A DNA stretch of 64,000 nucleotides, taken from contig CBDCGC010000003.1 in assembly GCA_965216585.1 (NCBI GenBank), forward strand, positions 2,732,816-2,796,815, read 5' to 3'. Source of the DNA: an uncultured Candidatus Binatia bacterium (GTDB lineage: Bacteria > Desulfobacterota > Binatia > HRBIN30 > CADEER01). Shown in pieces: positions 28,327 to 37,698 of this stretch. Numbering within the stretch: the stretch's first letter is position 1; each line of letters opens with the position of its first letter. The notes under the pieces were generated by a model. It saw nothing but the letters and a program-made list of their open reading frames with translations, was not told the origin of the DNA and ran no database searches. The translations under genes and the position numbers were made by a program.

Positions 28327-30027
28327 ATGACATCGCAGACCGACATGTCGGCGCAGGGCCGGCGGCGCAACGTGCAGCGCCTCGGCGAGGAGACCTTCGA
28401 CGTCGTCATCGTCGGTGGTGGGGTCACCGGCGCCGGTATCGCCCGCGATGCGGCGTTGCGCGGCCTGCGAGTCGCCCTCGTCGAACGGCGCGACTTTGCC
28501 GCCGGTACCAGCAGTCGCTCCTCGAAGCTGATTCACGGTGGCTTGCGATATCTGCAGCAGGGCGACGTCGGCCTGGTCCGCGAATCGGGTGCCGAGCGCT
28601 ATGTGATCCGGCGCCTGGCGCCACATCTGGCGATTCCGGTAAAAATGCTCTTCCCGCTGCTGAGCCGGCGCGAGTACGCCAAGTTGAGCGTCGGCCTGTG
28701 GACCTTCGACAAGTTGGCCGGCGTCGCCGAGGAAGAGCGGCACCGCCTGCTGACGCCGGAAGAGGCTCTGGAGATCGAGCCGCGGCTCTCCGACGACGAG
28801 CTCTACGGCGCCGCGCTACACTACGAGTATGTCACCGATGACGCCCGCCTGGTCATCGAGGTGATCAAGTCTGCGGTCAACCTCGGGGCGGTGGTTGCCA
28901 ATCACGTCGAGGCCGTTGGATTCCGCGTCGAGGACGGCAAGATCACCGGTGTCGAAGCGCGCGACGCGCTCGGCGATGGCGAGGTCGTCGTCTCCGGTCG
29001 CGTCGTCATCAACGCCGCCGGACCGTGGGTGGACCGCGTTCGCCTGCTGAGTGAGCCGGACGGCGAGGCTCGCCTGCGTCTGACCAAGGGCGTGCACGTC
29101 GGGATTCCCACCAACCGCGTCGGGTTGTCCGGCATCGTCGTCATGAACGCCCGCGACAAGCGCGGTGTATTTGCCATTCCGCGCGGTGCCGTAACCTACC
29201 TCGGCACGACCGACACCGACTATCCGGAAATCGACGACTATCCGCAGGTGACCAGCGACGACGTCGACTATCTCATCGACGCCGCCAATCGCACCTTTCA
29301 ACTGACCCAGCCGCTGACCAGCGATGACGTCGTCAACGCGTGGGCCGGCCTGCGCCCTCTCTTGCAGCAAGAGGGGAAGGAGCCGACCGAGCTCTCGCGG
29401 CAGGATGAAATCATGACCAACGATGCCGGCTTGGTGTCGATCGCCGGTGGCAAGTTGACCACCTTTCGCTGCATGGCCGAGCGAGTCATGGATCTGGTGT
29501 GTGGCAAGTTGGTCGAAGCCGGGCAGAACCTGCCGCCGCCGATTGCGCTCAGCGACGAGCATCCGCTCAGTGGCGGTGAGACCGGCCTCGATCTGGCTCG
29601 CTTCGAAGACTATCTGGCCAGTCGTGTACGCGATGTGAAGCGGCCGGTCATCGAGCGGTTGGTCCGTCTCTACGGAAGCAATGCCATTGCCATCGTCGAC
29701 TGCATGGAGCGCGACCCGCAGCGGGCCAGACTGTACTCGCACACCAGCCTACTGACGCCGGCCGAGGTGGAGTACAACGTCAAGCACGAAATGGCGATGA
29801 CGCTGCAGGACGTCATGGAGCGCCGAACGCGGGCGTTGCTGTGGGAGCTCGACTGCGGGTCGGCAGTCGCCGAGCGCGTGTCGGAGACGATGGCGGCGCT
29901 GCTCGGCTGGGACGATATCCGGCGCGAGCGCGATCTCAACGAGTACCGCACGCTGGTCGATGTGTTGCGGGCGCCGGTGGTCGAAGCGGATGCGGTCGAA
30001 GAGGTAGCGCAGGCGGCGCATGGCTGA
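28327..30027 (+). CDS. glpD: FAD-dependent glycerol-3-phosphate dehydrogenase
   Basis: ATG at 28327 (MTSQTDM...). Carries FDVVIVGGGVTGAGIARDAALRGLRVALVE...SSRSSKLIHGGLRYL. Confidence 0.9.
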   Translation: MTSQTDMSAQGRRRNVQRLGEETFDVVIVGGGVTGAGIARDAALRGLRVALVERRDFAAGTSSRSSKLIHGGLRYLQQGDVGLVRESGAERYVIRRLAPHLAIPVKMLFPLLSRREYAKLSVGLWTFDKLAGVAEEERHRLLTPEEALEIEPRLSDDELYGAALHYEYVTDDARLVIEVIKSAVNLGAVVANHVEAVGFRVEDGKITGVEARDALGDGEVVVSGRVVINAAGPWVDRVRLLSEPDGEARLRLTKGVHVGIPTNRVGLSGIVVMNARDKRGVFAIPRGAVTYLGTTDTDYPEIDDYPQVTSDDVDYLIDAANRTFQLTQPLTSDDVVNAWAGLRPLLQQEGKEPTELSRQDEIMTNDAGLVSIAGGKLTTFRCMAERVMDLVCGKLVEAGQNLPPPIALSDEHPLSGGETGLDLARFEDYLASRVRDVKRPVIERLVRLYGSNAIAIVDCMERDPQRARLYSHTSLLTPAEVEYNVKHEMAMTLQDVMERRTRALLWELDCGSAVAERVSETMAALLGWDDIRRERDLNEYRTLVDVLRAPVVEADAVEEVAQAAHG

Positions 30028-31432
30028 AGCGGAGCTGGCAGCGCTGCGCAAGGAGGTCTCGGCGGTCGTCGGGCCCGAGTCGGTCGCCTGGGACGATGAA
30101 ACTCTGGCCGGGCACCGGCACGACACCTGGCCACTCTCTCTGTTGCGCGCTCACCGCGGCGAGTTGCGCGACGATCCAGTCTGCGTCGTCTCACCGCAAT
30201 CGGTGGAGCAGGTGGCGGCGCTGCTGCGCTTTGCCAACCAGCGTCGGCTTCCGGTTTTTCCCTTCGGCGCCGGCTCTGGCGTCTGCGGCGGCGTGCTGGT
30301 GGCGCCGGGGGCGATCGTCGTCGACATGCGGCGCATGAACCGGATTCTCGAGCTCGAGGAGATCTCTCTCTTTGCGCGCGTGCAGGCGGGAATGATGGGC
30401 AATGAATTCGAGGCCCAGCTCAACCGGAGTGGCTATTCGATGGGACACTTTCCCCAGTCGATCGATCTCTCGACGATCGGCGGCTGGGTGTCGACGCGGG
30501 CGGCGGGTCAGTTTTCCTCGCGCTACGGCTCGATCGAAGACATGTTGCTCGGGCTGGAAGTCGTCCTGGCGAGTGGCGAGAGCGTTCGTATCGCGCCGTC
30601 GCCCCGGCGCTCGGCCGGGCCCGACTTGCGCCATCTCTTTCTCGGCGCTGAGGGAACCCTGGGCATCGTGACGGAAGCGACCGTGCGCGTGTTTCCGCAG
30701 CCGGAAAGTCGCCGCATGAGCGCTTTCTCGTTCGCCGACTTCGACAGTGGGTTGCAGGCGATTCGCCACCTCGTGCGCAGCGGTTGGCGGCCGCCTGTGT
30801 TGCGGTTGTACGACGCCGCCGAAACCGGCCGTCACTTTGGCCAATGGGCCGACGACGACGCTTGTTTCCTGCTCATCCTGAGTGAAGGGAACGTCGCCCT
30901 GTGCAGCGCCGAAGCCGACGGCTGTCGCGAGATCTGCACGTCGATGCAGGGCACCGAAATCGGCGAGGAGCCGGTCGCGCACTGGTTGCAGGAGCGCAAT
31001 CACGTCCCCAGCCTGAGCGATCTCGTCGCCAAGGGCTTCGTCGTCGACACCGTCGAAGTCACGGCGGATTGGACTCACATCGGCGAGCTCTACCGCACCG
31101 TCATCGAAGCGGTCGGCGAGGTCGAGAGTCTGCTCCTGGTTTCGGGACACAGCTCGCATTCGTACGCGCAGGGAACCAACATATACTTTACCTTCATCGC
31201 GCAACCGGAGGATCCCGCCAACGGAGAGTCGATCTATCTCGAGTGTTGGCGGCGCGCCATGGATGCGACCGTGCGTTGCGGCGGCTCGATTTCACACCAT
31301 CATGGGATCGGCCGCTTGCGCCGGGCGTGGATGCGCGACGAGCACGGCGCCGGTATCGAGGTCATGCGTGCGCTCAAGGACGCCCTCGATCCAAACGCGA
31401 TCCTGAACCCGGGCGCCTTGCTTCCCGACTGA
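30020..31432 (+). CDS. FAD-linked oxidase (VAO/PCMH family), alkylglycerone-phosphate synthase-like
   Basis: 470 aa. The start overlaps the glpD stop by 8 nt. It has an FAD-binding PCMH N-domain. The C-terminal motif GGSISHHHGIGRLR has His-His-His where GlcD/D-LDH-type enzymes have GEHG. Confidence 0.7.
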   Translation: MAEAELAALRKEVSAVVGPESVAWDDETLAGHRHDTWPLSLLRAHRGELRDDPVCVVSPQSVEQVAALLRFANQRRLPVFPFGAGSGVCGGVLVAPGAIVVDMRRMNRILELEEISLFARVQAGMMGNEFEAQLNRSGYSMGHFPQSIDLSTIGGWVSTRAAGQFSSRYGSIEDMLLGLEVVLASGESVRIAPSPRRSAGPDLRHLFLGAEGTLGIVTEATVRVFPQPESRRMSAFSFADFDSGLQAIRHLVRSGWRPPVLRLYDAAETGRHFGQWADDDACFLLILSEGNVALCSAEADGCREICTSMQGTEIGEEPVAHWLQERNHVPSLSDLVAKGFVVDTVEVTADWTHIGELYRTVIEAVGEVESLLLVSGHSSHSYAQGTNIYFTFIAQPEDPANGESIYLECWRRAMDATVRCGGSISHHHGIGRLRRAWMRDEHGAGIEVMRALKDALDPNAILNPGALLPD

Positions 31433-31444
31433 GCGAGCGATCGC

Positions 31445-32908
31445 GTGTACGTTCTTGCCATCGACGAGGGGACGACCGGTGTGCGGGCGCTGGTTTTCGA
31501 TGAGCACGGCCGCATGCTGGGCGGCGCTTACGAAGAGGTTTCCGCTCTCTACCCGCAACCTGGGCTGATCGAGCAGGACGCTCGGCACCTGTGGGAGAAA
31601 ACACTGGCAGTGACGCGCCGGGCGCTCGTCGAGTGCGGCATCGGCGCCGCTGATCTCTCTGCCGTCGGCGTTGCGACGCAGCGGGCGACCGTAGTGGTGT
31701 GGGATCGCGCCAGCGGCGAGCCGGTGTGTCCGGCCATCGGGTGGCAGGATACCCGCGCCGCCGACCGCGTCGACGCGTTGTTGGCGGAGGGCATCATCGT
31801 CACCGCTCAGGCGTCGGCGACCAAGCTCGAGTGGCTGCTGCGCGAGGTTCCCGATTTGCGCAAGCGTGCCGAGGCCGGCGAGCTCTGTTTCGGCGGCGTC
31901 GACTGTTGGATCGTCTGGCAGCTCACCGGTGGTGCGGCGCACGTGACCGATCACTCGAACGCGTCGTGCACGGCGATGACGGATCCCTTCACCGGCGAGT
32001 GGTCTGCCGACGTGCTGGCTGGCTTGGGTGTGCCGGGATCGATGATGCCCCGGGTCGTCGAGACCAGTGGTGTCTGCGCCGAAACTTCGGCGGATGTGCT
32101 CGGTGCCGTCGTACCGATCGCCGCCATTGCCGGCGATCAGCAGGCGGCGATGTTTGCCGAGCTCGCCCTCGACAAAGGCGAGGCAAAGATCACCTACGGC
32201 ACCTCGGGAATGGTCGACATCAACACCGGCGACTCGCTCATTCTCTCAGAGAATGGCGCCTACCCCTTGGTGGCGTGGTGTCTGGCCGGCGAGCGCACCT
32301 GGTGTCTGGAAGGAACCGTCGTCACCGCGGGTGCCGCAGTGCAGTGGCTGCGCGACGGTCTCGGGATCATCGACAGTCCGGCGCAGACCGGTCCGCTCGC
32401 CGCTTCGGTTGCCGACAGCGGCGGCGTCTGGGTCGTCCCCGCGCTGCAGGGCCTGGGGACACCGCACATGGATTTCGACGGACGCGCGGTCGTCGGTGGA
32501 ATATCGCGCCACACCACCGCCGCGCACGTCGTGCGGGCGCTCTTCGATGGTATCGCCTGCCGCACACGCGAAGCGCTCGACGCCTTGGGCGCCGACGTCG
32601 GCACGCCGCGGCCGGAGCGCTTGCGCGTCGATGGCGGCGCGGCGGCGAACGACGTCCTCCTGCAGTCGCTCGCCGATACGCTCGGACAGCCGGTCGAACG
32701 GCCTGAAACCGTGCAAGCTACGGCGTTGGGAATCGCCTTCCTCGCGGGCTTGGCGACCGGCGTCTGGAGCGGCGTCGACGAGCTGCGCCAGACTTGGCGT
32801 TCGGGGGGACTCTTCGAACCGTCGATCAGCGAGGACGAGCGCGAGCAACGCTACGACGCCTGGCGCAAGGTCGTTGCCGCCGCCCGCCTCGGTTCACTCG
32901 GCGGGTAG
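31445..32908 (+). CDS. glpK: glycerol kinase (FGGY family)
   Basis: 487 aa, GTG start. Carries YVLAIDEGTTGVRALVFD and IAGDQQAAMF. Confidence 0.9.
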   Translation: MYVLAIDEGTTGVRALVFDEHGRMLGGAYEEVSALYPQPGLIEQDARHLWEKTLAVTRRALVECGIGAADLSAVGVATQRATVVVWDRASGEPVCPAIGWQDTRAADRVDALLAEGIIVTAQASATKLEWLLREVPDLRKRAEAGELCFGGVDCWIVWQLTGGAAHVTDHSNASCTAMTDPFTGEWSADVLAGLGVPGSMMPRVVETSGVCAETSADVLGAVVPIAAIAGDQQAAMFAELALDKGEAKITYGTSGMVDINTGDSLILSENGAYPLVAWCLAGERTWCLEGTVVTAGAAVQWLRDGLGIIDSPAQTGPLAASVADSGGVWVVPALQGLGTPHMDFDGRAVVGGISRHTTAAHVVRALFDGIACRTREALDALGADVGTPRPERLRVDGGAAANDVLLQSLADTLGQPVERPETVQATALGIAFLAGLATGVWSGVDELRQTWRSGGLFEPSISEDEREQRYDAWRKVVAAARLGSLGG

Positions 32909-32922
32909 CAAGCATTCGCACA

Positions 32923-32961
32923 CCGGTACTGGGCGGGGCCAATCCCCCTGCCCGGTACCGG
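32923..32961. terminator. imperfect long hairpin between convergent glpK and the OMP gene (putative bidirectional terminator)
   Basis: ccggtactgggcgggg-ccaat-ccccctgcccggtaccgg. The outer 7-bp and inner 8-bp stems were read directly, with one bulge. Confidence 0.45.
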
Positions 32962-33011
32962 TAGATGGGTATGGATGTCGTGCCGACCAGATGCGCGTGT
33001 GCGGGTGGGGA

Positions 33012-33881
33012 TCAGTTCCAGAGCACGCCGATGCCGGCGCCGGCGCCCCATTCGCCGCGCGATAGGCCGGACTTGGTGTTGAGGCCCCAGCGCGAAGAGT
33101 AACTTCCTTTCGACCCAGCGGTGCCGCCCGAGATTCCGTAGGAGCCACTGGCGGAGAGCTGCAGGTCGAGCTTGCCGAGCTCGATCAGATAGTCGAGACC
33201 CGGCTGGACGGCGACGACGTTGCGGTCGTTTCCTTCGGTGAACTGCTGGCCGGCGATCTCGAGGCGCAGGCCGAGCTTGTCGAGCACCGGCACCTTGACC
33301 GCTCCGCCGTAGAGGATCGACTCGGGTGCGCCGTTGGCGCGGTGGTGATTGATGAAGTTGTAGCCGATGTGGAGGTTGAGGTCGGCCGGACCGAGGTGCG
33401 CCGTTCCGGTTACGAAAGGCAGGACCGCCACTTCTCCGGTGCTGATGCCGACACTCTCGCCGCCGCCGGGGAAAGTGATCATCAGGCCGGCGCCGAAGTC
33501 GAAGGCTTCTTTGCGCAGGGGAACGTATTTCAAGTGGGTGCGAATATCGCCGACATCGTCCTGGCCGGGGCCACGGGCGTCGCCGCGGTTGGTGTGGTAG
33601 GGAATGACGACGCCACCCTGGAACATGGTACCGCCCATCAGCAGGCGAATCTCACCGGTTGCCGATTCCTGCTCGGTCGAGGTGCTGCCGAACGTAACCG
33701 TGTCATCCTTGGTGTAGAATCCGGCGATGCCGAAGTACGAGCCTGTGACGGTGTCGAACTCCAGGTGATCAAAGTTGCGGATTTGCAACTTGGTTGTCTC
33801 GTCGGCGAGGCCTTGCTGTGCGAAGACGAACAAGAATGCACTGCCGATCGAGATGATTGCCCACCGAGCGGTTCTACCCAT
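33012..33881 (-). CDS. outer-membrane beta-barrel protein (MetA-pathway/transporter-like porin)
   Basis: Signal peptide MGRTARWAIISIGSAFLFVFAQQGLA. It shows alternating amphipathic beta-strand patterning and ends in the aromatic-rich AGIGVLWN. Confidence 0.6.
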   Translation of the reverse strand: MGRTARWAIISIGSAFLFVFAQQGLADETTKLQIRNFDHLEFDTVTGSYFGIAGFYTKDDTVTFGSTSTEQESATGEIRLLMGGTMFQGGVVIPYHTNRGDARGPGQDDVGDIRTHLKYVPLRKEAFDFGAGLMITFPGGGESVGISTGEVAVLPFVTGTAHLGPADLNLHIGYNFINHHRANGAPESILYGGAVKVPVLDKLGLRLEIAGQQFTEGNDRNVVAVQPGLDYLIELGKLDLQLSASGSYGISGGTAGSKGSYSSRWGLNTKSGLSRGEWGAGAGIGVLWN

Positions 33882-34058
33882 GGATAACCCCCTTTGACGA
33901 GAACGACTGGTTTCGCTGGTTTCCCGGACGATGGGAGCGCTTGCCTCTCATCGCCGCAGCACTGATTTGCGGCAGCATGTCGATATCGCAAATCGAATGC
34001 AAGCGCTCGCGAATGCGGTTGCCGCTGTGGCCGAGCACGCGTTAGGATCGCCGATCTC

Positions 34059-35435
34059 ATGTCCCAATACGTAGCAGACAGCTCGGCGGCGACGCCGGTC
34101 GAGAACCTCGATCAGCTCATCGACTATTTCGTCGCTGCCGCCAAGCCGAGTGACGCCTGGGGAATCGGTACAGAGTACGAAAAAGTAGCAGTGCGCCTGG
34201 AGGACGGTCATGCCGTACCGTTTTCCGGTCCGCGCGGTATCGAAGCGTTGCTCACCGGCTTGGCGGAGCGGTACGAGTGGGAGCCGCTGCAGGAGGTTGG
34301 GCGAACCGTGGCCCTGGGCGGCGAGAAGGCATCGATCACCTTGGAGCCGGGCGGCCAATTGGAGCTCAGCGGCGAAGTCTGCGACAGCGTCCACTGCGCC
34401 CACGCCGAGTTGCGGCGTCACATCGAAGAAATCGTCGCCGTCGGCGATACCATGCAGATCGCCTTTCTCGGTCTCGGGATGCAGCCGATCAGCCGGGTCG
34501 AGGAGATTGAATGGGTGCCCAAGCGGCGCTACGCGATCATGCGCCCGTACATGAGTCGGGTCGGCACCATGGGTCAGCGAATGATGGCGCAGACGGCGAC
34601 GGTCCAGGTCAACCTCGACTACGCGAGCGAAGCGGACGCCATGAGCAAAATGCGCCTCGGTATGGCGTTGTCGCCGCTGCTCTACGCGATGTTCGCCAAC
34701 TCGCCTCTGTGCGACGGCGACCTGAACGGCTTTGTATCCTTCCGCGGCCACATCTGGACAGACACCGATCCGGCGCGCTGCGGTCTGTTGGACTTCATCT
34801 TCGAGGACAGTGCCGGTTTCGATCGCTACGCTGAGTATGCGCTCGACGTGCCGATGTATTTCATCGTGCGCGACGACGAGTGGATCGACATGACGAGCTC
34901 TACATTTCGCGACTACCTGCGCGACGGTGTCGGCCAGCATCGCGCCACCATGGCGGACTGGGATTCACACCTGACGACGCTCTTTCCCGAGGCCCGGCTC
35001 AAGCGCTACATCGAGCTGCGTTCGGTCGACAGCCAGGCACCCGAGCTCATGCTCGCCGTCCCGGCGCTGGCCAAGGGAATCTTCTACGACGACGACTGCG
35101 TGCTGGCGGCGTGGGATCTCGTCAAGAAGTGGACCCTCGGAGAGCGCGCGGAACTCTATCAGATGGCGCACCGGCGCGGGTTGCACACGAGAGCCGGCAC
35201 GGCTTCCTTTCGCGATCTGGCCGTCGAGCTGCTGGCGATTGCTCGCGTTGGCTTGCAACGACAAGACGTTCGCAACGATCGCGGCGAGGACGAGAGAATC
35301 TACCTGGATGCCATCACTGAGCTCGCCGCGGCGGGCCGCTGTCCTGCCGATCTGGTGATCGACAAGTGGAAGGGGCAGTGGAACCAAAACGTATCGCGCC
35401 TGATCGACGGTAGCTCCTACGGCGTTGCGGCTTGA
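34059..35435 (+). CDS. glutamate-cysteine ligase, GCS2 (plant/EgtA type)
   Basis: 458 aa. Carries GTEYEKVAV and ITLEPGGQLELSG, with overall GCS2-family length and pattern. Confidence 0.75.
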   Translation: MSQYVADSSAATPVENLDQLIDYFVAAAKPSDAWGIGTEYEKVAVRLEDGHAVPFSGPRGIEALLTGLAERYEWEPLQEVGRTVALGGEKASITLEPGGQLELSGEVCDSVHCAHAELRRHIEEIVAVGDTMQIAFLGLGMQPISRVEEIEWVPKRRYAIMRPYMSRVGTMGQRMMAQTATVQVNLDYASEADAMSKMRLGMALSPLLYAMFANSPLCDGDLNGFVSFRGHIWTDTDPARCGLLDFIFEDSAGFDRYAEYALDVPMYFIVRDDEWIDMTSSTFRDYLRDGVGQHRATMADWDSHLTTLFPEARLKRYIELRSVDSQAPELMLAVPALAKGIFYDDDCVLAAWDLVKKWTLGERAELYQMAHRRGLHTRAGTASFRDLAVELLAIARVGLQRQDVRNDRGEDERIYLDAITELAAAGRCPADLVIDKWKGQWNQNVSRLIDGSSYGVAA

Positions 35436-37045
35436 TGCCGAAGCGCGGCGATGCGGTTCGCAGTGGACCGCTGGCGGATCGCTACTCACTGGCCCTGCTG
35501 GCACTGATCGCCACCGTCGCGGCGATCGCCTACTGGCCTTCGTTCAGTGTTCCATATCAATTCGACGATTACGCGCGCATTTCCGGTAACTGGCACCTGC
35601 AGCAACGCCACTGGATCAAGGGCATCGCGCAAATGGGGGGCGTGCGCATCCTCCCGTCGGCGACGCTGGCGTTGAACTTCGCCATCTCCGGAAACGAAAC
35701 CTGGAGCTTTCACGTCGTCAATCTCGCGGTGCACCTGCTGGCGACGGTGTTTGTGTTTTGCCTGGCTTGGTCGTTGTCGCAAACACCGAGGTTGGCCGGT
35801 ACGGAGGTAGCCGCGCGGCCGCGGTTCTTCGCCGCCTGCGCGGCGGCGCTCTTTGCCTGCCACCCATTGCAGACGCAAGCGGTGACGTACATCGTGCAGC
35901 GCTCGGCTGCGATGGCGACGATGTTCTACGTCGCCAGCGCCTATGCCTACGTCGCCGGTCGACTGGCGCAGGCGAGCGACCGTTCGAACGGCTACCGGCA
36001 CTTCGCGCTGGCAATCGCCGCCGCCGCGGCGGCGCTACTCTCGAAGGAGAACGCCGTAACCCTGCCGCTGGCGATCGTGCTGATCGAGGTCGCCTTCTTC
36101 GGCCGCCGTCAGCTGCGCAACCTGCTGCGCGCCGGCATGTGGCTGGCGCCGGTGGTGGCGCTGCCAGTGCTCTTGAAGCTGGTCGCCTGGTGGATTCGCG
36201 CCGGTGGCAAGTCGAAGGGCAGTCTGATCGGTTCCTTCCTGCAGGCGGTGTTCAGCCAAGGCTGGCGCGATGGTCCGGCGGTCGAATCGCTGGACTACTT
36301 TCTGACCCAGATGATCGTGCTGCCGCGCTATCTGCGCCTGGTTGCTCTTCCCTTCGGCCTCAACGTCGATCACGACGTCCCGCTGGTCGAAGGGGTCGAC
36401 GCGGTGGTGATCGCCGGGATGCTCTCGTTGGCAGCGCTGTTGGCGGTGGCGGTGCTCGCTCTGCGCAGGGCGCCGCTGCTCGCCTTTGGCCTCCTTTGGT
36501 TCTTCCTCACGCTCAGCCTCGAGTCGAGTTTCATCCCTCTCTACGACACGATGATGGAGCATCGGATGTACATGGCGATGCCGGGGGTGGCGGTTCTGGT
36601 CGCCGCGTGTTTGGCGTATTTCGATGCCCGCCACGCCAGCGCCGCGAAAGTTGCTGCCTGTGCGATGGTCGCCGTTCTGTCGGTACTTACTTTCGAGCGC
36701 AACCAGGTCTGGCAAAGCGCGCTTTCGCTGTGGTCGGATGCGGCAGAAAAGTCGCCTGGCAAGGCGCGGGTTCACGTCAACGTCGGCGTCGCCCACCACG
36801 GCAGGGGCGAGCTCGATGAAGCGATCGCGTCGTATTGCCGCGCGATTGCCGCCGATGCATCAGTACCCGTGGCGCGCGACAACATCGAGATCGCGCTCGA
36901 ACAGCAAGGGCGGTTGCAGGAAGTTCTGCGCCGCGTCGAGCTCTCGGCGGTCGATCACCCGAGCGCACCCGAAGGTTCGATCGTGCTCGACTACGACCTG
37001 TCGAGCGTCGTCTGCCGGTCACACGAAAACGGGGAGAGGCGTTGA
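35432..37045 (+). CDS. multi-pass membrane protein with C-terminal TPR repeats (TMTC/PMT_2-like putative glycosyltransferase)
   Basis: About 10 hydrophobic segments, including WSFHVVNLAVHLLATVFVF. The C-terminal TPR-like region is AEKSPGKARVHVNVGVAHHGRGELDEAIASYCRAIA. The start is coupled to the upstream stop (TTG 35432 / ATG 35435). Confidence 0.7.
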   Translation: MMPKRGDAVRSGPLADRYSLALLALIATVAAIAYWPSFSVPYQFDDYARISGNWHLQQRHWIKGIAQMGGVRILPSATLALNFAISGNETWSFHVVNLAVHLLATVFVFCLAWSLSQTPRLAGTEVAARPRFFAACAAALFACHPLQTQAVTYIVQRSAAMATMFYVASAYAYVAGRLAQASDRSNGYRHFALAIAAAAAALLSKENAVTLPLAIVLIEVAFFGRRQLRNLLRAGMWLAPVVALPVLLKLVAWWIRAGGKSKGSLIGSFLQAVFSQGWRDGPAVESLDYFLTQMIVLPRYLRLVALPFGLNVDHDVPLVEGVDAVVIAGMLSLAALLAVAVLALRRAPLLAFGLLWFFLTLSLESSFIPLYDTMMEHRMYMAMPGVAVLVAACLAYFDARHASAAKVAACAMVAVLSVLTFERNQVWQSALSLWSDAAEKSPGKARVHVNVGVAHHGRGELDEAIASYCRAIAADASVPVARDNIEIALEQQGRLQEVLRRVELSAVDHPSAPEGSIVLDYDLSSVVCRSHENGERR

Positions 37046-37055
37046 GCCTCTCCCC
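37031..37055. terminator. perfect 10-bp hairpin overlapping the stop codon of the TPR membrane protein gene, between convergent genes
   Basis: ggggagaggc-gttga-gcctctcccc, read directly. The stop codon TGA (37043-37045) lies in the loop. Confidence 0.55.
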
Positions 37056-37082
37056 GTGAAATTCACACTACCGGTTTGAACG

Positions 37083-37487
37083 CTACGGAAGAATCGTCTT
37101 CGTCGATGGGAGACAGAGCAGGAAGGCCTTCTTCGCTTGCAACTGCAGAGTTCCCAACTGGTTGACGACTTCGACGCTCGGCCGCGCCGACGGAACCAGC
37201 TTCGGGCCCTTGACCTTGTAGCAGGTGAGATGGTCGTCGGTGTTGAGAATGCCCTCACCGTTCTTGTCGACCGGGTTGCAGAACACGAAGGGCCGCTTCG
37301 CCTCGAAGGTTCCGTCGTTGATTCCGAACTGGTCGGTCAACGTCACCGGTGTGTTCAGAAACTTCGGATTCTTCAGGTCTTTGACCTTATAACACTTGTA
37401 GTGGTCGAGATTGAACTGGGCCGCTGCCGGTGCCGCCATGGCCAGCGTCAAGACGGCGGCGAGCAGGTAGCCTGAAAATATACGCAT
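37083..37487 (-). CDS. small secreted protein with a duplicated Cys-pair 'CYKVK' module
   Basis: 134 aa. Signal peptide MRIFSGYLLAAVLTLAMAAPAAA. Two related halves: DHYKCYKVK...FVFCNPVDK and DHLTCYKVK...FLLCLPSTK. G+C is lower (30/60 at 37321-37380). Confidence 0.6.
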   Translation of the reverse strand: MRIFSGYLLAAVLTLAMAAPAAAQFNLDHYKCYKVKDLKNPKFLNTPVTLTDQFGINDGTFEAKRPFVFCNPVDKNGEGILNTDDHLTCYKVKGPKLVPSARPSVEVVNQLGTLQLQAKKAFLLCLPSTKTILP

Positions 37488-37698
37488 GAGTACTTCCCCC
37501 TGATCCGTACTGCCAGTTCAGTGCCCGTTCCGCTGGTGCGGTGGACCTCCCAGATATGCTACGGCGCTGGCGCGTAAGTCAAGAGAATTGAGGAGAAGGC
37601 GGCCAAAACGCGAGCGACGGTACAAATTTGCTCCGGCGGGATTCGCCTTGCCCGGGGAGTGCTTGCGGCGTTTCGGAGCGCTGGCTACGGTCACTCGG

